Translations under genes and position numbers: made by a program
Part shown: positions 19,016 to 26,302 of the stretch, piece after piece
How positions within the stretch are numbered: the stretch's first letter is position 1
How the letters are laid out: the number at the start of each line of letters is the position of its first letter
Notes under the pieces: generated by a model
The model's input: the letters and a program-made list of their open reading frames with translations, nothing else
What the model was told of the DNA's origin: nothing
Databases searched by the model: none
DNA from: a virus
Taxonomy: Duplodnaviria > Caudoviricetes
Strand: one strand, 5' to 3'
Virus record (IMG/VR): IMGVR_UViG_3300030376_002193
Coordinates: 1 to 37,320 of that record
DNA length: 37,320 nt

Positions 19016-19081
19016 TATTAGGGGAGTTTCCTCTCACCTTGCTCCGTGAGTTGTTATTCACAATATTCAGCTCCCCTAATA
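19016..19081 (+). ncRNA. Candidate structured antisense small RNA (three-way junction)
   Basis: 13-bp closing stem 19016-28/19069-81 enclosing CTCAC-[CTTGCTCC]-GTGAG and TTGT-[TATTC]-ACAA; arms are complementary to early-gene leaders; followed by CTCTTTTT. Confidence 0.55.
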
Positions 19082-19096
19082 CTCTTTTTATCTTAT

Positions 19097-19112
19097 AGAG
19101 TTATGTAACTCT
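19097..19112. promoter_or_regulatory. Palindrome, operator candidate
   Basis: AGAGTTA-TG-TAACTCT; another AACTCTT at 19129..19135 overlaps the -35. Confidence 0.45.
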
Positions 19113-19133
19113 TAAAAAAACTGAAATAAACTC

Positions 19134-19177
19134 TTGCAGGTTATATTTTAATTGAGTACATTACTATGTGAATAACA
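19134..19177 (+). promoter_or_regulatory. Sigma70-type early promoter P1 with conserved leader
   Basis: TTGCAG (19134-39), 17 bp, TACATT (19157-62); A-tract upstream; AGTACATTACTATGTGAATAACA is identical at 26251..26273. Confidence 0.8.
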
Positions 19178-19203
19178 CTTTTAAAATAACAAATGGAGCA
19201 AAC

Positions 19204-19539
19204 ATGACAAACTCAAATGATTATGGTAATTACATAAATCTTTCAAACAGATCAAAAGAACAAATTCAAGCTAGATTAGAGCTATCTATTTATAGTGCTG
19301 GAATAAACACGCTAGAACATACATTTGCAAACACTCTTAAAGATGATCTTTACTATGGTTTTTTCAAGGTAGATGCAGACAATGGAAATAATGAACTTCC
19401 TATCAGAGTTACAACAGATGGAGTTGTTCATTTAGAAGTATGCCCAGAGGATTTTCAAATAGGACACATTGATGATCTTGTAACACTTGCAAAAAATCTT
19501 ACTATTTTTAAAGATACTGATTTAAAAGGGGGTAAGTAA
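19204..19539 (+). CDS. Hypothetical early protein
   Basis: GGAGCA RBS at 19195 favours ATG 19204 over GTG 19168. Confidence 0.7.
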   Translation: MTNSNDYGNYINLSNRSKEQIQARLELSIYSAGINTLEHTFANTLKDDLYYGFFKVDADNGNNELPIRVTTDGVVHLEVCPEDFQIGHIDDLVTLAKNLTIFKDTDLKGGK

Positions 19540-19540
19540 C

Positions 19541-19774
19541 ATGACAAACGAACATAAAACAGCTATTAAAGATTACAGAAAGCCATTTATCCAAGACGCA
19601 TTAGAAAGAGAGATAAAAACAAAAGAGTGTAAATGTGATTACTGCGACAAAAACGAAGGTAATACATGTGGAAAATATTATGGCTTTTATATAAAAGTTG
19701 TAGAAAAACATAACAAATACATTTCTTGGGTTTTTGCTGACGACCTAAATACTTTTTTTCAAGGAGGCAGGTAA
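19541..19774 (+). CDS. Hypothetical Cys-containing protein
   Basis: CKCDYC motif; GGGGGT RBS. Confidence 0.6.
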   Translation: MTNEHKTAIKDYRKPFIQDALEREIKTKECKCDYCDKNEGNTCGKYYGFYIKVVEKHNKYISWVFADDLNTFFQGGR

Positions 19775-19775
19775 T

Positions 19776-20084
19776 ATGGCTTATGTACAAAAATCCTCTA
19801 TAAAAAAACTTGTAAAAGATAAAGGTTTTAGAATCAGCCCAAGTTCTTACGATGGAATAAATAGATCGGTTGAAAGTATTATCTTGCAAATGTTAGAAAA
19901 AGTAGATCAAGACGGAATGAAAACTTTAATGGATCAACATACTGGAATAACTAAAAAAGCTAAAGTTGTAAAAAGCAAATCTTGTTCCAGGTGTTGTATG
20001 ATTAAAGATCAATTTATTCAATGGGCAAGAGCTACTCAAGATTGGTGTATTACAAAAGCCACTACACTATCAAGGCGGGTGTAA
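19776..20084 (+). CDS. Prokaryotic histone-fold protein with C-terminal Cys-rich extension
   Basis: S-x-IKKLVKDKG-FRIS...INRSVESII...DGMKTLM resembles bacterial/archaeal histones (L1 R-I-S, L2 G-x-K-T). Confidence 0.65.
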   Translation: MAYVQKSSIKKLVKDKGFRISPSSYDGINRSVESIILQMLEKVDQDGMKTLMDQHTGITKKAKVVKSKSCSRCCMIKDQFIQWARATQDWCITKATTLSRRV

Positions 20085-20085
20085 A

Positions 20086-20277
20086 ATGTTATTTACCAAT
20101 ATACATAAGCCTGAAGAAAATACTGGTCCAGAAATTAAAGATTTTTGGACAGATGAAAGAGTAATCGAATTTATAAGAACTTCAACACAAGGACAATACT
20201 GGATTTATAAAGGTTGTAAAACTCTAGGTATGAAAATGAAAGCCTATAAAGAATGGATTTTAAAAGGGGATAAATAA
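20086..20277 (+). CDS. Hypothetical protein
   Basis: ORF track; tight packing. Confidence 0.55.
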   Translation: MLFTNIHKPEENTGPEIKDFWTDERVIEFIRTSTQGQYWIYKGCKTLGMKMKAYKEWILKGDK

Positions 20278-20588
20278 TGTATTGTATTCAATGTGATAAT
20301 AAGTTTGTAATTCAACAATACAATTCTTATATGAATATGTGCAATAAATGTTCCAATGTTCAAAGATTTTCAATGGAGGTAGAGTTTGATCATCCAGAAT
20401 GCGATTTTGGAGTTTTAGTTGATGCTAACTTAACAAGATTATTATTGCAATTTAAAAAAGCAAAAAAAACTGGTTGGCACCATTCGTTAGCTGGTTGCCC
20501 TAAAATAAAAATACTGAGCGTAAAAGATAATTTTACAGGAGAATTAATTAACCCTAATTTGATAAACAAAATGTTGGAGAAAAAATGA
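20277..20588 (+). CDS. Hypothetical Zn-finger protein
   Basis: CIQC...CNKC; GGGGA RBS. Confidence 0.6.
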   Translation: MYCIQCDNKFVIQQYNSYMNMCNKCSNVQRFSMEVEFDHPECDFGVLVDANLTRLLLQFKKAKKTGWHHSLAGCPKIKILSVKDNFTGELINPNLINKMLEKK

Positions 20589-20986
20589 GACATTCAGAGA
20601 GACAATATTTAGAGCTAGAAACTAATTTTTTAAATTTATTTAATGCAGTTGAATCGCTTTTAACTATTACAGAAGGCGAAAATTTAGACAGCGATCAATT
20701 AAAAGCTAGACATCTTGGGGTATTATCAATTAGGTTAAATGATATATCAGAAAGATTTTCAAAAATTAAACAGGAGGTGCAGTCAAACATGTTCCGTGTC
20801 GATACTGTTATTCACAAAAAACCTCCTGTAACTTTAGAAGAAGAAGAATCAAAAAAACTAATAGAGTGCGTTGAGCATTTTATTTGTATGTGGGAAAAAG
20901 TAGATGATCCTATGCCGTATAAGGATTTACTTAATAAACTAACTAACAAAAGCGATTTACCACAAGATAGGAGCAATAATGACTAA
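20585..20986 (+). CDS. Hypothetical helical protein
   Basis: GGAG RBS; ATGA overlap. Confidence 0.6.
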   Translation: MRHSERQYLELETNFLNLFNAVESLLTITEGENLDSDQLKARHLGVLSIRLNDISERFSKIKQEVQSNMFRVDTVIHKKPPVTLEEEESKKLIECVEHFICMWEKVDDPMPYKDLLNKLTNKSDLPQDRSNND

Positions 20987-21152
20987 ATCAAAACAAGCTA
21001 AAAGATTAAAAAGAAAAAAAGCAAAAAGAAAAAATGCTAATATGCAACAGAACGGATTATCTTATAATAAAAAACAAGAGCTAGAAAAAAATAAAAAGTA
21101 TAGTAAAATAAAACCTCAAAGAAAATACGGAGCTAATAATGAGTCAAAATAA
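20979..21152 (+). CDS. Small Lys/Arg-rich protein (57 aa)
   Basis: GGAGCAA RBS; MTKSKQAKRLKRKKAKRKN... Confidence 0.5.
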   Translation: MTKSKQAKRLKRKKAKRKNANMQQNGLSYNKKQELEKNKKYSKIKPQRKYGANNESK

Positions 21153-21369
21153 AGAAATAAAAAAATATCTAAATCACGGAAATAGATTAACCAGCTTGGA
21201 AGCACTAAATTTATTTGGGTGTATGCGTTTGGCTAGTAGAATAAGCGATTTAAAAAATGAAGGCATGGCTATTGGTTCGGAAACAATAACGGCAGCAAAT
21301 GGAAAGAAATATTCACAATACTATGCTTTACATCCAGAAGGTAATAAAGCTCAAGTCAAGTTGTTTTAA
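21139..21369 (+). CDS. Winged helix-turn-helix DNA-binding protein
   Basis: LTSLEALNLFGCMRLASRISDLKNEG...Y-x-x-Y pattern of small phage wHTH proteins. Confidence 0.8.
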   Translation: MSQNKEIKKYLNHGNRLTSLEALNLFGCMRLASRISDLKNEGMAIGSETITAANGKKYSQYYALHPEGNKAQVKLF

Positions 21370-21378
21370 GGACATAAT

Positions 21379-21546
21379 ATGATATTTGCACTAGATATAT
21401 ATGAGTGGATATTAAACTTCGCAATGCTTGGGATTGCTAGTTGTTTTTGGGCGTTGTTTTTTATTCTATGTATTCTTATTTATTTTGGAGTAATAATGGG
21501 TATTCAAATAACAAAAACGATGTTTAAAAAAGGGAGTTTAAAATGA
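21379..21546 (+). CDS. Small membrane protein (55 aa)
   Basis: AAGGA RBS; long hydrophobic stretch; ATGA overlap with the next gene. Confidence 0.55.
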   Translation: MIFALDIYEWILNFAMLGIASCFWALFFILCILIYFGVIMGIQITKTMFKKGSLK

Positions 21547-21728
21547 GATATTATTTTGAAGCTTTGTTCAGCGCAGAGTATTTTCCTTATTGGGAATTTA
21601 GTCAGCTATGCATATTGTTTTTTGTTTTAAGGGTTTTGACATTATTATATAAAATAATAAACAATCAAAAAGAAATAAAAAAAACTTTACAAAATATATT
21701 AGAAACAAGGAGATATTATGATGCTTGA
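21543..21728 (+). CDS. Small membrane protein
   Basis: GGGAG RBS; YWEF followed by one TM segment. Confidence 0.6.
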   Translation: MRYYFEALFSAEYFPYWEFSQLCILFFVLRVLTLLYKIINNQKEIKKTLQNILETRRYYDA

Positions 21729-21846
21729 TTTTATTGATAACTTTATTGACTTACTAGAGTATTATTTAATTAAGTCTATAAGAGCATGGCTAATTGTTTT
21801 AGCGTTAATTGTTATATATAATTTTTTAATAACACAAGGAGTGTAA
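21721..21846 (+). CDS. Small membrane protein (about 41 aa)
   Basis: AAGGAG RBS; AWLIVLALIVIYNFLI segment; alternative in-frame ATG at 21718. Confidence 0.5.
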   Translation: MLDFIDNFIDLLEYYLIKSIRAWLIVLALIVIYNFLITQGV

Positions 21847-21847
21847 A

Positions 21848-22498
21848 ATGGGATTTTTACAATTAAATAAAAACTATCATATTAATAAACCAGTAATAAT
21901 AAAATTACTAGAAGATCCTGCTTTAATTAACGGATTAGCTAAAGAGTACAATGGAAAGACCTATTTGCAATTTAGTATAAAAGTGCAAAACATAGGGCAG
22001 GAATATTTAACAAAAGAACAAGATTCGTATAAAATAAATGCTGGGCAAGAAGTTGAATTTAAAATGACCGATTCTTTGCATCAAAAAATTGTAAACTTTC
22101 AAGAAAACGAACTTGTTTATATTAATATGAAACCAAGATCAAAAGGTGGCTATTTATGGGATATTAAACCAGCAACTGGAGAAGATATTGAGAAACTAAA
22201 CAAGAATCACGGAGTTGAAGATTTTAATAATGCTAGAAAAAACGTTAATAATGATTCTAGAGGATTAGAAATTAAATGGGGAATGGCTTTTAATAATGCA
22301 ACAAGATTAGTTGCTCAAACAACTACAAGCGTAGATCAAAAAGAAATGGTTGATCAGATTAAAAGAATAATTGCACCAATGTTTCAAGTTGCTTGTGGTA
22401 TGGATAAAACGATTGATTTTATTAATAAAAAGCAAAAACCAACAGAAAAACCAACAGAAAAAAAGACAAAAGAGGAGATTGAAGATGAGTTATTCTAA
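21848..22498 (+). CDS. Putative single-stranded DNA-binding protein
   Basis: Beta-rich N-terminal domain, flexible linker and acidic C-terminus EEIEDELF resembling an SSB tail. Confidence 0.5.
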   Translation: MGFLQLNKNYHINKPVIIKLLEDPALINGLAKEYNGKTYLQFSIKVQNIGQEYLTKEQDSYKINAGQEVEFKMTDSLHQKIVNFQENELVYINMKPRSKGGYLWDIKPATGEDIEKLNKNHGVEDFNNARKNVNNDSRGLEIKWGMAFNNATRLVAQTTTSVDQKEMVDQIKRIIAPMFQVACGMDKTIDFINKKQKPTEKPTEKKTKEEIEDELF

Positions 22499-22688
22499 AA
22501 AAAAGATTAATAAAAGAAAAGAATATGGAAGTTATAGTGCTGAATTGCAAAGCAAGTTTGGAGTAATAAATATTTATAGAAAGATGTTAAAAGATGGTAT
22601 AATAAAAAAAGGTGGATCAGCGCATAACAGAATGAATCAATTATATATAAAAATACATGAACAAAGCTCAAAAGAAAAAACTTCATAG
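22485..22688 (+). CDS. Hypothetical basic protein
   Basis: ATG 22485 with GAGGAG RBS is preferred over the TTG at 22371. Confidence 0.55.
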   Translation: MSYSKKKINKRKEYGSYSAELQSKFGVINIYRKMLKDGIIKKGGSAHNRMNQLYIKIHEQSSKEKTS

Positions 22689-23019
22689 TTTAGTTAGGCA
22701 AATTGTAATTGCTAGAGATAAGGTATGTTTAAGATGCAAAAAATCTACAAACTTACACGCCTCTCATATTTATCCAAGAGGGAAGTACCCTAAAATGCAA
22801 TTTGATCCACTTAATGTTAAAGCTCTTTGTTTAGGTTGTCATCTTTATTGGTGGCATAAGCATCCAATAGAAGCAAAAGAATGGGCACAAAAAACTTTAG
22901 GTGGAAGAAGATTAAACAAATTAAAAAAACAGGCAAATACAATAAATAAGAGCTTGTGGGATTTTAAAGAAATAAAAAAACAACTAGAAAAGGAGCTGGA
23001 GCAGTATGACAATGTCTAA
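22657..23019 (+). CDS. NinG/Rap-like HNH-fold endonuclease
   Basis: RDKVCLRC...LHASHI...FDPLNVKALCLGCH. Confidence 0.8.
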   Translation: MNKAQKKKLHSLVRQIVIARDKVCLRCKKSTNLHASHIYPRGKYPKMQFDPLNVKALCLGCHLYWWHKHPIEAKEWAQKTLGGRRLNKLKKQANTINKSLWDFKEIKKQLEKELEQYDNV

Positions 23020-23227
23020 AGAGCTTATTAATAAAGTAGTAGAAATAATGGAAAAAAATACAAATACTTTTAAAGAGTGCGTTGATTATTATATAGGCAT
23101 GAAAAAAGAAATAACAACAATAAAAGATAGGCTGTACAAGTTACATGATATGAAAAAAGAAATAGAAGCAATAAAAAACACTCAGATTGATATTTTAAAA
23201 ATGATAAACAAAATGGAGCAAAAATAA
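23006..23227 (+). CDS. Hypothetical coiled-coil protein
   Basis: Internal MKKEI repeat; coupled to the next gene. Confidence 0.55.
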   Translation: MTMSKELINKVVEIMEKNTNTFKECVDYYIGMKKEITTIKDRLYKLHDMKKEIEAIKNTQIDILKMINKMEQK

Positions 23228-24096
23228 TGGCAAAACGATTTGTTGACACAAAAATATGGGATAAAGCATGGTTCAGAAAACTATCTTCAAAGAATAAACT
23301 TTTTTGGATATACTTATTGACTAAATGCGATCACGCTGGAATATGGGATGCTGATTGGGAAGCAGTAGAATTTTTCATTGGAGAATGGGTTGAGTTTGAA
23401 GAACTTCCAAATGAAGTTACATCTAAAATGCAATATATAAAAGAAAGTGGTCAGTATTTTATACCAGCTTTTATTGAATTCCAATATGGAAGTTTAAGAG
23501 AAAATTCAAAACCTCATTTAAGTGTTATTAAAAGACTAACAGAAAAAGGGTTGCTAAACCCTATACAAAGTGTATCTAATACTCTTAAAGATAAAGAGAA
23601 AGCTAAAGTTAAGGTAAAAGATAAAAAAAAAAGAGGAGAAGAATGGAGTTTAAAAGTAGTTAAGATTGCAAAGGAATTAAAATTAGATGGAAAGATTACA
23701 ATAGCTTTTGTTAATTACTGGACAGAATCAAATGAAAATGGTAGAAAGATGAGATATGAAATGCAAAAAACATTTGATATTAAAAGGCGATTAATAAAAT
23801 GGAGAGATAATAATACAGAATGGACAAATAATAATATTAATACAAGAAAATCTTTTGAATCTAGTTTTACAAAATTAAAATCTGGAATAGGCTACAAAGC
23901 TTGGTGTTCTAAATGTGGAAAGAAAGAAATGCCTGCAGACTTTTTTGCTATTAAAAAAGGTTCTAGTTGTTGTGCAGTTGATTATCTTAGTAAAGAACCA
24001 GAGAAAAAAAATGATGATCTAATTGATTTTAATAGTTTTAAAGAAAAAAACCCAGGAGCTAGAGGATTAAATCATTTAAGTAAGTATATAAAATGA
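23227..24096 (+). CDS. Replication initiator-like protein
   Basis: KRFVDTKIWDKAWFRKLS...KLFWIYLLT...HAGI wHTH N-terminus, KDKEK linker, FVNYW...RL-x-x-W C-terminal domain. Confidence 0.7.
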   Translation: MAKRFVDTKIWDKAWFRKLSSKNKLFWIYLLTKCDHAGIWDADWEAVEFFIGEWVEFEELPNEVTSKMQYIKESGQYFIPAFIEFQYGSLRENSKPHLSVIKRLTEKGLLNPIQSVSNTLKDKEKAKVKVKDKKKRGEEWSLKVVKIAKELKLDGKITIAFVNYWTESNENGRKMRYEMQKTFDIKRRLIKWRDNNTEWTNNNINTRKSFESSFTKLKSGIGYKAWCSKCGKKEMPADFFAIKKGSSCCAVDYLSKEPEKKNDDLIDFNSFKEKNPGARGLNHLSKYIK

Positions 24097-24350
24097 AAAA
24101 AAAAGAAAATATAATTGAATATATATTAAGAACTCAAGAGTATTTCAGATTTAGAAAGTTTGAAAGAAAAAAATACAAATGTAGAACTGAAAATGTAGAT
24201 GCTTATATTTTTTTATGTAGTAACTGTGACAGTTTATGGTCACGTGTTGAAGCTTATATAAATACAAGAAGATGGTTAAAATATTCTGAACAAATAATGC
24301 CAAAAATAGGCAAAAAAAATAAAACTTGTCCAGATTGCAAAAAAAAATAA
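24093..24350 (+). CDS. Hypothetical Zn-ribbon protein
   Basis: CSNC...CPDC. Confidence 0.6.
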   Translation: MKKKENIIEYILRTQEYFRFRKFERKKYKCRTENVDAYIFLCSNCDSLWSRVEAYINTRRWLKYSEQIMPKIGKKNKTCPDCKKK

Positions 24351-24367
24351 AATAAGGAGCAAAAACA

Positions 24368-25465
24368 ATGTTTAATACACCTTCAATGAAAGAGATAAAT
24401 CAAATAAAACAAAATAATTATAATGTAATATCAACTTTTAGTGGTTGTGGAGGTAGCTCTTTAGGTTATAAAATGGCTGGTTATAAAGTTTTATGGGCAA
24501 ATGAGTTTATTCCTGCAGCTCAAGAAACATATAGAGCAAATCATAAAAGCACTTTTTTAAATACTAAGGATATTAGAAGTGTTACAGGAGAAATGATTAA
24601 AAATGAAGCTAGAGTAAATGAAATAGATATTTTTGACGGATCTCCCCCTTGTGCTAGTTTTTCAATGTCAGGGCAACGTGAAAAATTATGGGGCGAGGTA
24701 AAAAAATATAGCGATACAAAACAAAGAGTTGATGATTTATTTTTTGAATATACTAGATTAATAAAAGAACTGAAACCAAAAATATGCATTGCAGAGAATG
24801 TGGCAGGGCTTACTTTTGGAAAAGCAAAAACTGAAGTTTTAGGTCAAAATCAATATGATATGTTTAATTCTCAAGAAAAAACAATATTATACCAAATTGA
24901 ACAACACGGATATAATGTTAGTTATAGAATTTTAAATGCAAAAGATTTTGGAGTGGCTCAAAATAGACCTAGAATTTTTATAGTTGGAGTTAGAAATGAT
25001 TTAAACTTGTCGCCAAGTTTTCCATTGCCATTAAATAAAAAACATGCAACATTTAAAGATGTTGTAAAAGACTTAATCCAAACAGAAGATGAAATAAAAG
25101 AAAGCTTAATTGATCCAAAATATGAAGTTTATAAATATATCTTAAAACTTAAACCAGGTGAATGTGGTTCTGACTATCACAAAACTGGATCATATTTTAA
25201 TTTAAAAAGAATGGAATGGGATAAGCCTTGTGGTACTATACTGCAAATGGAGGGTGGACCGAGCGTAGCTTGTGGACATATTCACCCAGAAAGAAACGGA
25301 AAGCTTACAATAAAAGAACTAAAAAGACTTCAAGGATTTCCAGATGATTTTAAATTAACAGGATCGTTTCAACAAAAATGGGAAAGGATTGGTAGGTCGG
25401 TTGCACCACCAGTTATGTATTATTTATCAAAAACAATAAAAAATAATGTATTAGATAAGTCATAG
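24368..25465 (+). CDS. C5-cytosine DNA methyltransferase-family enzyme, predicted carboxymethyltransferase
   Basis: Motif I FSGCGG, IV GSPPC-x-x-FS, VI ENV, VIII Q-x-R-x-R, IX RLQGFPD; motif X reads IGRSV instead of IGN(A/S)V. Confidence 0.85.
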   Translation: MFNTPSMKEINQIKQNNYNVISTFSGCGGSSLGYKMAGYKVLWANEFIPAAQETYRANHKSTFLNTKDIRSVTGEMIKNEARVNEIDIFDGSPPCASFSMSGQREKLWGEVKKYSDTKQRVDDLFFEYTRLIKELKPKICIAENVAGLTFGKAKTEVLGQNQYDMFNSQEKTILYQIEQHGYNVSYRILNAKDFGVAQNRPRIFIVGVRNDLNLSPSFPLPLNKKHATFKDVVKDLIQTEDEIKESLIDPKYEVYKYILKLKPGECGSDYHKTGSYFNLKRMEWDKPCGTILQMEGGPSVACGHIHPERNGKLTIKELKRLQGFPDDFKLTGSFQQKWERIGRSVAPPVMYYLSKTIKNNVLDKS

Positions 25466-25473
25466 GAGCAGAA

Positions 25474-26187
25474 ATGAAAAAAGACAACGTTTTACCAAAA
25501 AAAAAGTGGGAGTTTGATGAAAGTGTTACTAGCGTATTTGATAATATGCTAGAAAGATCAATCCCTCAATATTTAGAAATGAGAAAATTAGTTTCTAATT
25601 TATCAAAACAAGTGATAGAGAAAAACGATTTACCAACAAATACAATTATAGATATTGGATGCAGTAAGGGTAGAGCTTTAGAGTCAGTGCATAAAATATT
25701 TCCTAGTTTTAATTATATAGGAGTTGAAGTTAGTGAATCAATGTATTTATACTGTAAAGAAAACTATAAGCAACACAATATAAGGTTTTACAATAATGAT
25801 TTAATTGATTGGTACCCTCAAACAAAACCAGATAACTCACTAACATTGTCAATATTAACGCTTTGCTTTATTCCAATAGAATATAGGTCGTATGTTTTAA
25901 AAAATATTTATAATAATTTATGTATAGATGGCTCTCTAATAATCGTTGAGAAATGTTTAAGTAATAATTATGACACTTCTGAGTATTTTGACAACGTTTA
26001 TTATGATTTAAAAAGCAAAAACGGATATACACAAGAACAGATTAAATCAAAAAGAAAATCCCTTGAAGGTGTCTTAGTACCACTTACAACATCATTTAAT
26101 GAAGAATTGTTTAAGCAAGTAGGATTTAAAAAAATAGATATATTTTGGAAATACTTAAATTTTACAGGGTGGATTATGACAAAATAA
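25474..26187 (+). CDS. cmoA: Carboxy-SAM synthase (CmoA-like)
   Basis: WEFD-x-x-V-x-x-VFDNML-x-RSIP-x-Y, DIGCS-x-G, LTL-x-FI, EK and K-x-x-NGY...I-x-x-KR-x-x-LE-x-V; the Arg aligns by eye with E. coli CmoA R199. Confidence 0.85.
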   Translation: MKKDNVLPKKKWEFDESVTSVFDNMLERSIPQYLEMRKLVSNLSKQVIEKNDLPTNTIIDIGCSKGRALESVHKIFPSFNYIGVEVSESMYLYCKENYKQHNIRFYNNDLIDWYPQTKPDNSLTLSILTLCFIPIEYRSYVLKNIYNNLCIDGSLIIVEKCLSNNYDTSEYFDNVYYDLKSKNGYTQEQIKSKRKSLEGVLVPLTTSFNEELFKQVGFKKIDIFWKYLNFTGWIMTK

Positions 26188-26229
26188 ACTAACTCTTATA
26201 TAACTCTTTAAAAAAAATAAATAAAGAGT

Positions 26230-26273
26230 TTGCATGTATTATTATTGTTTAGTACATTACTATGTGAATAACA
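26230..26273 (+). promoter_or_regulatory. Sigma70-type early promoter P2 with conserved leader
   Basis: TTGCAT (26230-35), 17 bp, TACATT (26253-58); 23-nt identity with P1; inverted repeat AACTCTTTA...TAAAGAGTT at 26202..26230. Confidence 0.8.
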
Positions 26274-26302
26274 TTAACAAACTAAACAAAACGGAGCAGG
26301 AC

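Noticed and set aside
19016-19081. Hammerhead ribozyme on the minus strand (CTGAATA...GAAAC)
   Set aside because: The core is CUGAAUA rather than CUGANGA, and the strands flanking CUGA and GAAA pair with each other, leaving no separate stems I/III or NUH cleavage site.
19016-19081. tRNA gene
   Set aside because: Only two internal arms, no T-loop or D-loop consensus and no CCA end.
25474-26187. tRNA cmo5U modification role for the CmoA homolog
   Set aside because: No cmoB or tRNA genes are present and the adjacent Arg-variant DNA MTase is a simpler Cx-SAM consumer; supplying host CmoB is not excluded.
26234-26302. Track start of the amidoligase at 26234 (also GTG 19168)
   Set aside because: 26234 lies inside promoter P2 and 19168 at the predicted P1 start site; RBS-linked ATGs are at 26303 and 19204. 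Leaderless initiation at 19168 is not strictly excluded.
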